Source: Nitrososphaerota archaeon
GTDB taxonomy: Archaea > Thermoproteota > Nitrososphaeria > Nitrososphaerales > UBA57
Reading direction: 5' to 3'
Length of the DNA stretch: 32,000 nucleotides
Assembly (NCBI GenBank): GCA_016871995.1
Contig: VHBL01000003.1
Span: 90,001-122,000, forward strand
A model generated the notes under the pieces. The model made no database searches. It was not told where the DNA came from and was given only the letters and a program-made list of their open reading frames with translations. A program made the translations under genes and the position numbers. Shown here in pieces: positions 30,312 through 32,000 of the stretch (position 1 is the stretch's first letter; every line of letters begins with the position of its first letter).

Positions 30312-32000
30312 CTAACGCTTTGACCTTCTTCCTATCATGACCGCATAGGCGATTGAAACTGCAGCAACTGCTAGCGCAGCAACGGCAATCTGGTCTGCAT
30401 AATTCACGCCCGAAACCTGTTGTTCAGGAAGGCCAAAGGCAACTACAACGCCAGGCCTTTCCTCAACTAGCTCAGAACCACCAGTAGCGACGAAGAGCAT
30501 CATCCTCCCTCTGGCATCGGCCCCTATCCCGACACCTGCAGAGCCAAAGGAATTGAACGGGATTTTGTGCAATAGTTTCCCAGTTTCAGCATCGAGTGCA
30601 TAAAACGTTCCCACTCTGTCGACAGCATAAACTACCTTGCCGCTCACTGTCAGTGCAGCGCTCTGGTACCTGTTTTCGATAAAGAAGGACCATTTTATCT
30701 GCCCTGTTGAAGCGTCTATCGCATATATCGACGAATTCTGGGGCAGGTTTGCAGGGAGCAGGAAGTTGTATCCATCAATAACCTTGTCCTTGTAGGGGAT
30801 CTTTGCCCTTACGACGGTTCCGCACTCGTTCTGCGAGCTTACGAATATCGTGTTATAGGCAAATGCAGGATGAGCAAAAGGTCCTCCAAGGTTGCCTGGG
30901 CAGTGTATCTTGCCCAGAAGGACGCTAGTTGATAAAGTCAGGTTGGCAGAGTTTCCAGCATTGTCGTTTGGAGAATTGAAGCTAGGAGGGCCGATCTTTA
31001 CAGGATCATAGACTGGCTTGCCAGTTAGGGCATCAAGGACATAGACATAGTTGCTCTTCGATGCACTTATCGCTACCTTCTTCTCCACGCCATTGATGGG
31101 GACTTTGGCAAGAATTACGCTCCAGACTGGATCATGATTGTTTATGTCATGCGGAGCTGTCTGATAGTACCAGACCAGTTCTCCTGTTCGTGCATTAAGC
31201 GCAACGATAGAGGTTGAAAAAAGGTTTGGCCCGGGCCTTAATGCGGCATCAAAACCTACGGATGACGGGTCTCCAATGTTAGTGTATATCAACCCAGTTT
31301 CGTCGTCTACAACCATATAACCCCAAGGGGTCCCACCACCAATAAGCTCGGAGTTCCCCCAGTCTCCTCTGTACGGATTGATATTTCCCTTTGCAGCATC
31401 CTTCAAGCCCCAGTCTGGCTCTCCTCCTGCACGCGGAACAGAGAACCATCTCCAAAGCAATTGCTCGCTATTCAAATCATAAGCAGAGACGAAACCTCTT
31501 GCACCATAGAAGGCGCCGTTAGACCTTGTAATTAGGATGTCCTTGTAGAATACAGGCGACATGACCCCAAAGTATTGACCTGTATTGCCTGGTATAGCCT
31601 TGCACGTATCTGGTAGGGAAAATTTCAATTCTCCCGTTGTAGGCTCAAGGCCGTATATGCTACAGTCATTTCCCTGCATGTATAGAACTCCGTTGTGCAA
31701 TGTTAAGGATCTTGTTGCAAATCTTCCAGACCACCAAGACTTTGCAAAATACGATGTTATGTTGGGCTGAAAAGACCAGACTTCCCTTCCCGTAGAGCCT
31801 TCCAAAGCAATCAGTCTGTTGTAGCCCGTTGCGAAATACACAATCCCGTTTATTGCCATGGGGGTCGTCTGGATTCCTTCCGGGGCTACGCCTCCAACCC
31901 CTTTGGGCTTTGCTGGGACTTGGTAAACCCAGTTTGTCTGCAGGTCTGCAACGTTCTGGTTGGTAATTTGCAATTGAGGATTGAAGTTCGTATTGAAAGC
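30312..32000 (-). CDS. PQQ-dependent dehydrogenase-like beta-propeller protein with C-terminal TM anchor (5' end beyond the right window edge)
   Basis: The frame stays open upstream of the tracked TTG to the window end (AFNTNFNPQLQITNQNVADL...). This resembles the ...I...NV..L...W entry motif of quinoprotein dehydrogenases. Repeated propeller blades are present (A..G..VW), along with GGGTPWGYMVVDDETGLIYTNIGDPS and HDINNHD blocks. The last 30 aa form a hydrophobic helix plus RRSKR. Confidence 0.8.
   Translation of the reverse strand, partial: AFNTNFNPQLQITNQNVADLQTNWVYQVPAKPKGVGGVAPEGIQTTPMAINGIVYFATGYNRLIALEGSTGREVWSFQPNITSYFAKSWWSGRFATRSLTLHNGVLYMQGNDCSIYGLEPTTGELKFSLPDTCKAIPGNTGQYFGVMSPVFYKDILITRSNGAFYGARGFVSAYDLNSEQLLWRWFSVPRAGGEPDWGLKDAAKGNINPYRGDWGNSELIGGGTPWGYMVVDDETGLIYTNIGDPSSVGFDAALRPGPNLFSTSIVALNARTGELVWYYQTAPHDINNHDPVWSVILAKVPINGVEKKVAISASKSNYVYVLDALTGKPVYDPVKIGPPSFNSPNDNAGNSANLTLSTSVLLGKIHCPGNLGGPFAHPAFAYNTIFVSSQNECGTVVRAKIPYKDKVIDGYNFLLPANLPQNSSIYAIDASTGQIKWSFFIENRYQSAALTVSGKVVYAVDRVGTFYALDAETGKLLHKIPFNSFGSAGVGIGADARGRMMLFVATGGSELVEERPGVVVAFGLPEQQVSGVNYADQIAVAALAVAAVSIAYAVMIGRRSKR

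Noticed and set aside
1-32000. CRISPR arrays, rRNA genes, IS elements/transposases, integrases, inteins
   Set aside because: I found no spaced direct-repeat arrays, rRNA-like sequence, transposase or integrase ORFs, or terminal inverted repeats. The large conserved proteins (aCPSF1, MetRS, CTP synthase, UPF0182) have normal lengths with no insertions.

Overview
Dense archaeal chromosomal segment with about 40 genes. TTG and GTG starts are frequent, and TATA-like AT-rich boxes sit about 25-30 nt upstream of many start codons, which suggests leaderless transcripts. I found no rRNA, CRISPR array, IS element or integrase. Recognisable core genes are aspartate kinase and homoserine dehydrogenase, nadC, AMP phosphorylase, an AlkD-like repair protein, a membrane-anchored cupredoxin, DUF354, class II HMG-CoA reductase, an HxlR/SRPBCC/VOC cluster, rhomboid protease, UPF0182, an HtrA protease, a HAD hydrolase, an M20 LysK/ArgE-like hydrolase with an Lrp regulator, the minus-strand run metG, Trbp111-like gene, psmB and aCPSF1(FttA), pyrG, and a PQQ-type propeller dehydrogenase. 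The class II HMGR and the overall gene set suggest a Thermoplasmata-like euryarchaeon, but this is only a guess from the sequence. Accessory content is a vapBC cassette inside a roughly 2.4 kb gene-poor islet, a relBE cassette with a second antitoxin-like gene, and an AT-rich islet encoding two look-alike small 2-TM proteins. The observations most worth follow-up: (1) a tRNA-Ser(GCU) whose acceptor stem is split after position 5 by a 22-nt non-canonical intron with a textbook bulge-helix-bulge motif. (2) An uncharacterised, tightly packed small-protein module at 27143-28156 just upstream of metG; two of its members share a sequence motif, and the first is interrupted by an in-frame TAG. (3) A RelE toxin flanked by two paralogous antitoxin-like genes, one abutting the aCPSF1 stop codon. 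(4) Three genes broken by single-base deficits in homopolymer runs, which is either assembly error or phase-variable/pseudogene biology. (5) Stop codons placed back to back at 6 of 10 convergent gene junctions. I cannot demonstrate a clearly novel multi-gene system from the sequence alone. The small-protein module and the TA/aCPSF1 linkage are the best candidates, and both need homology and structure searches.
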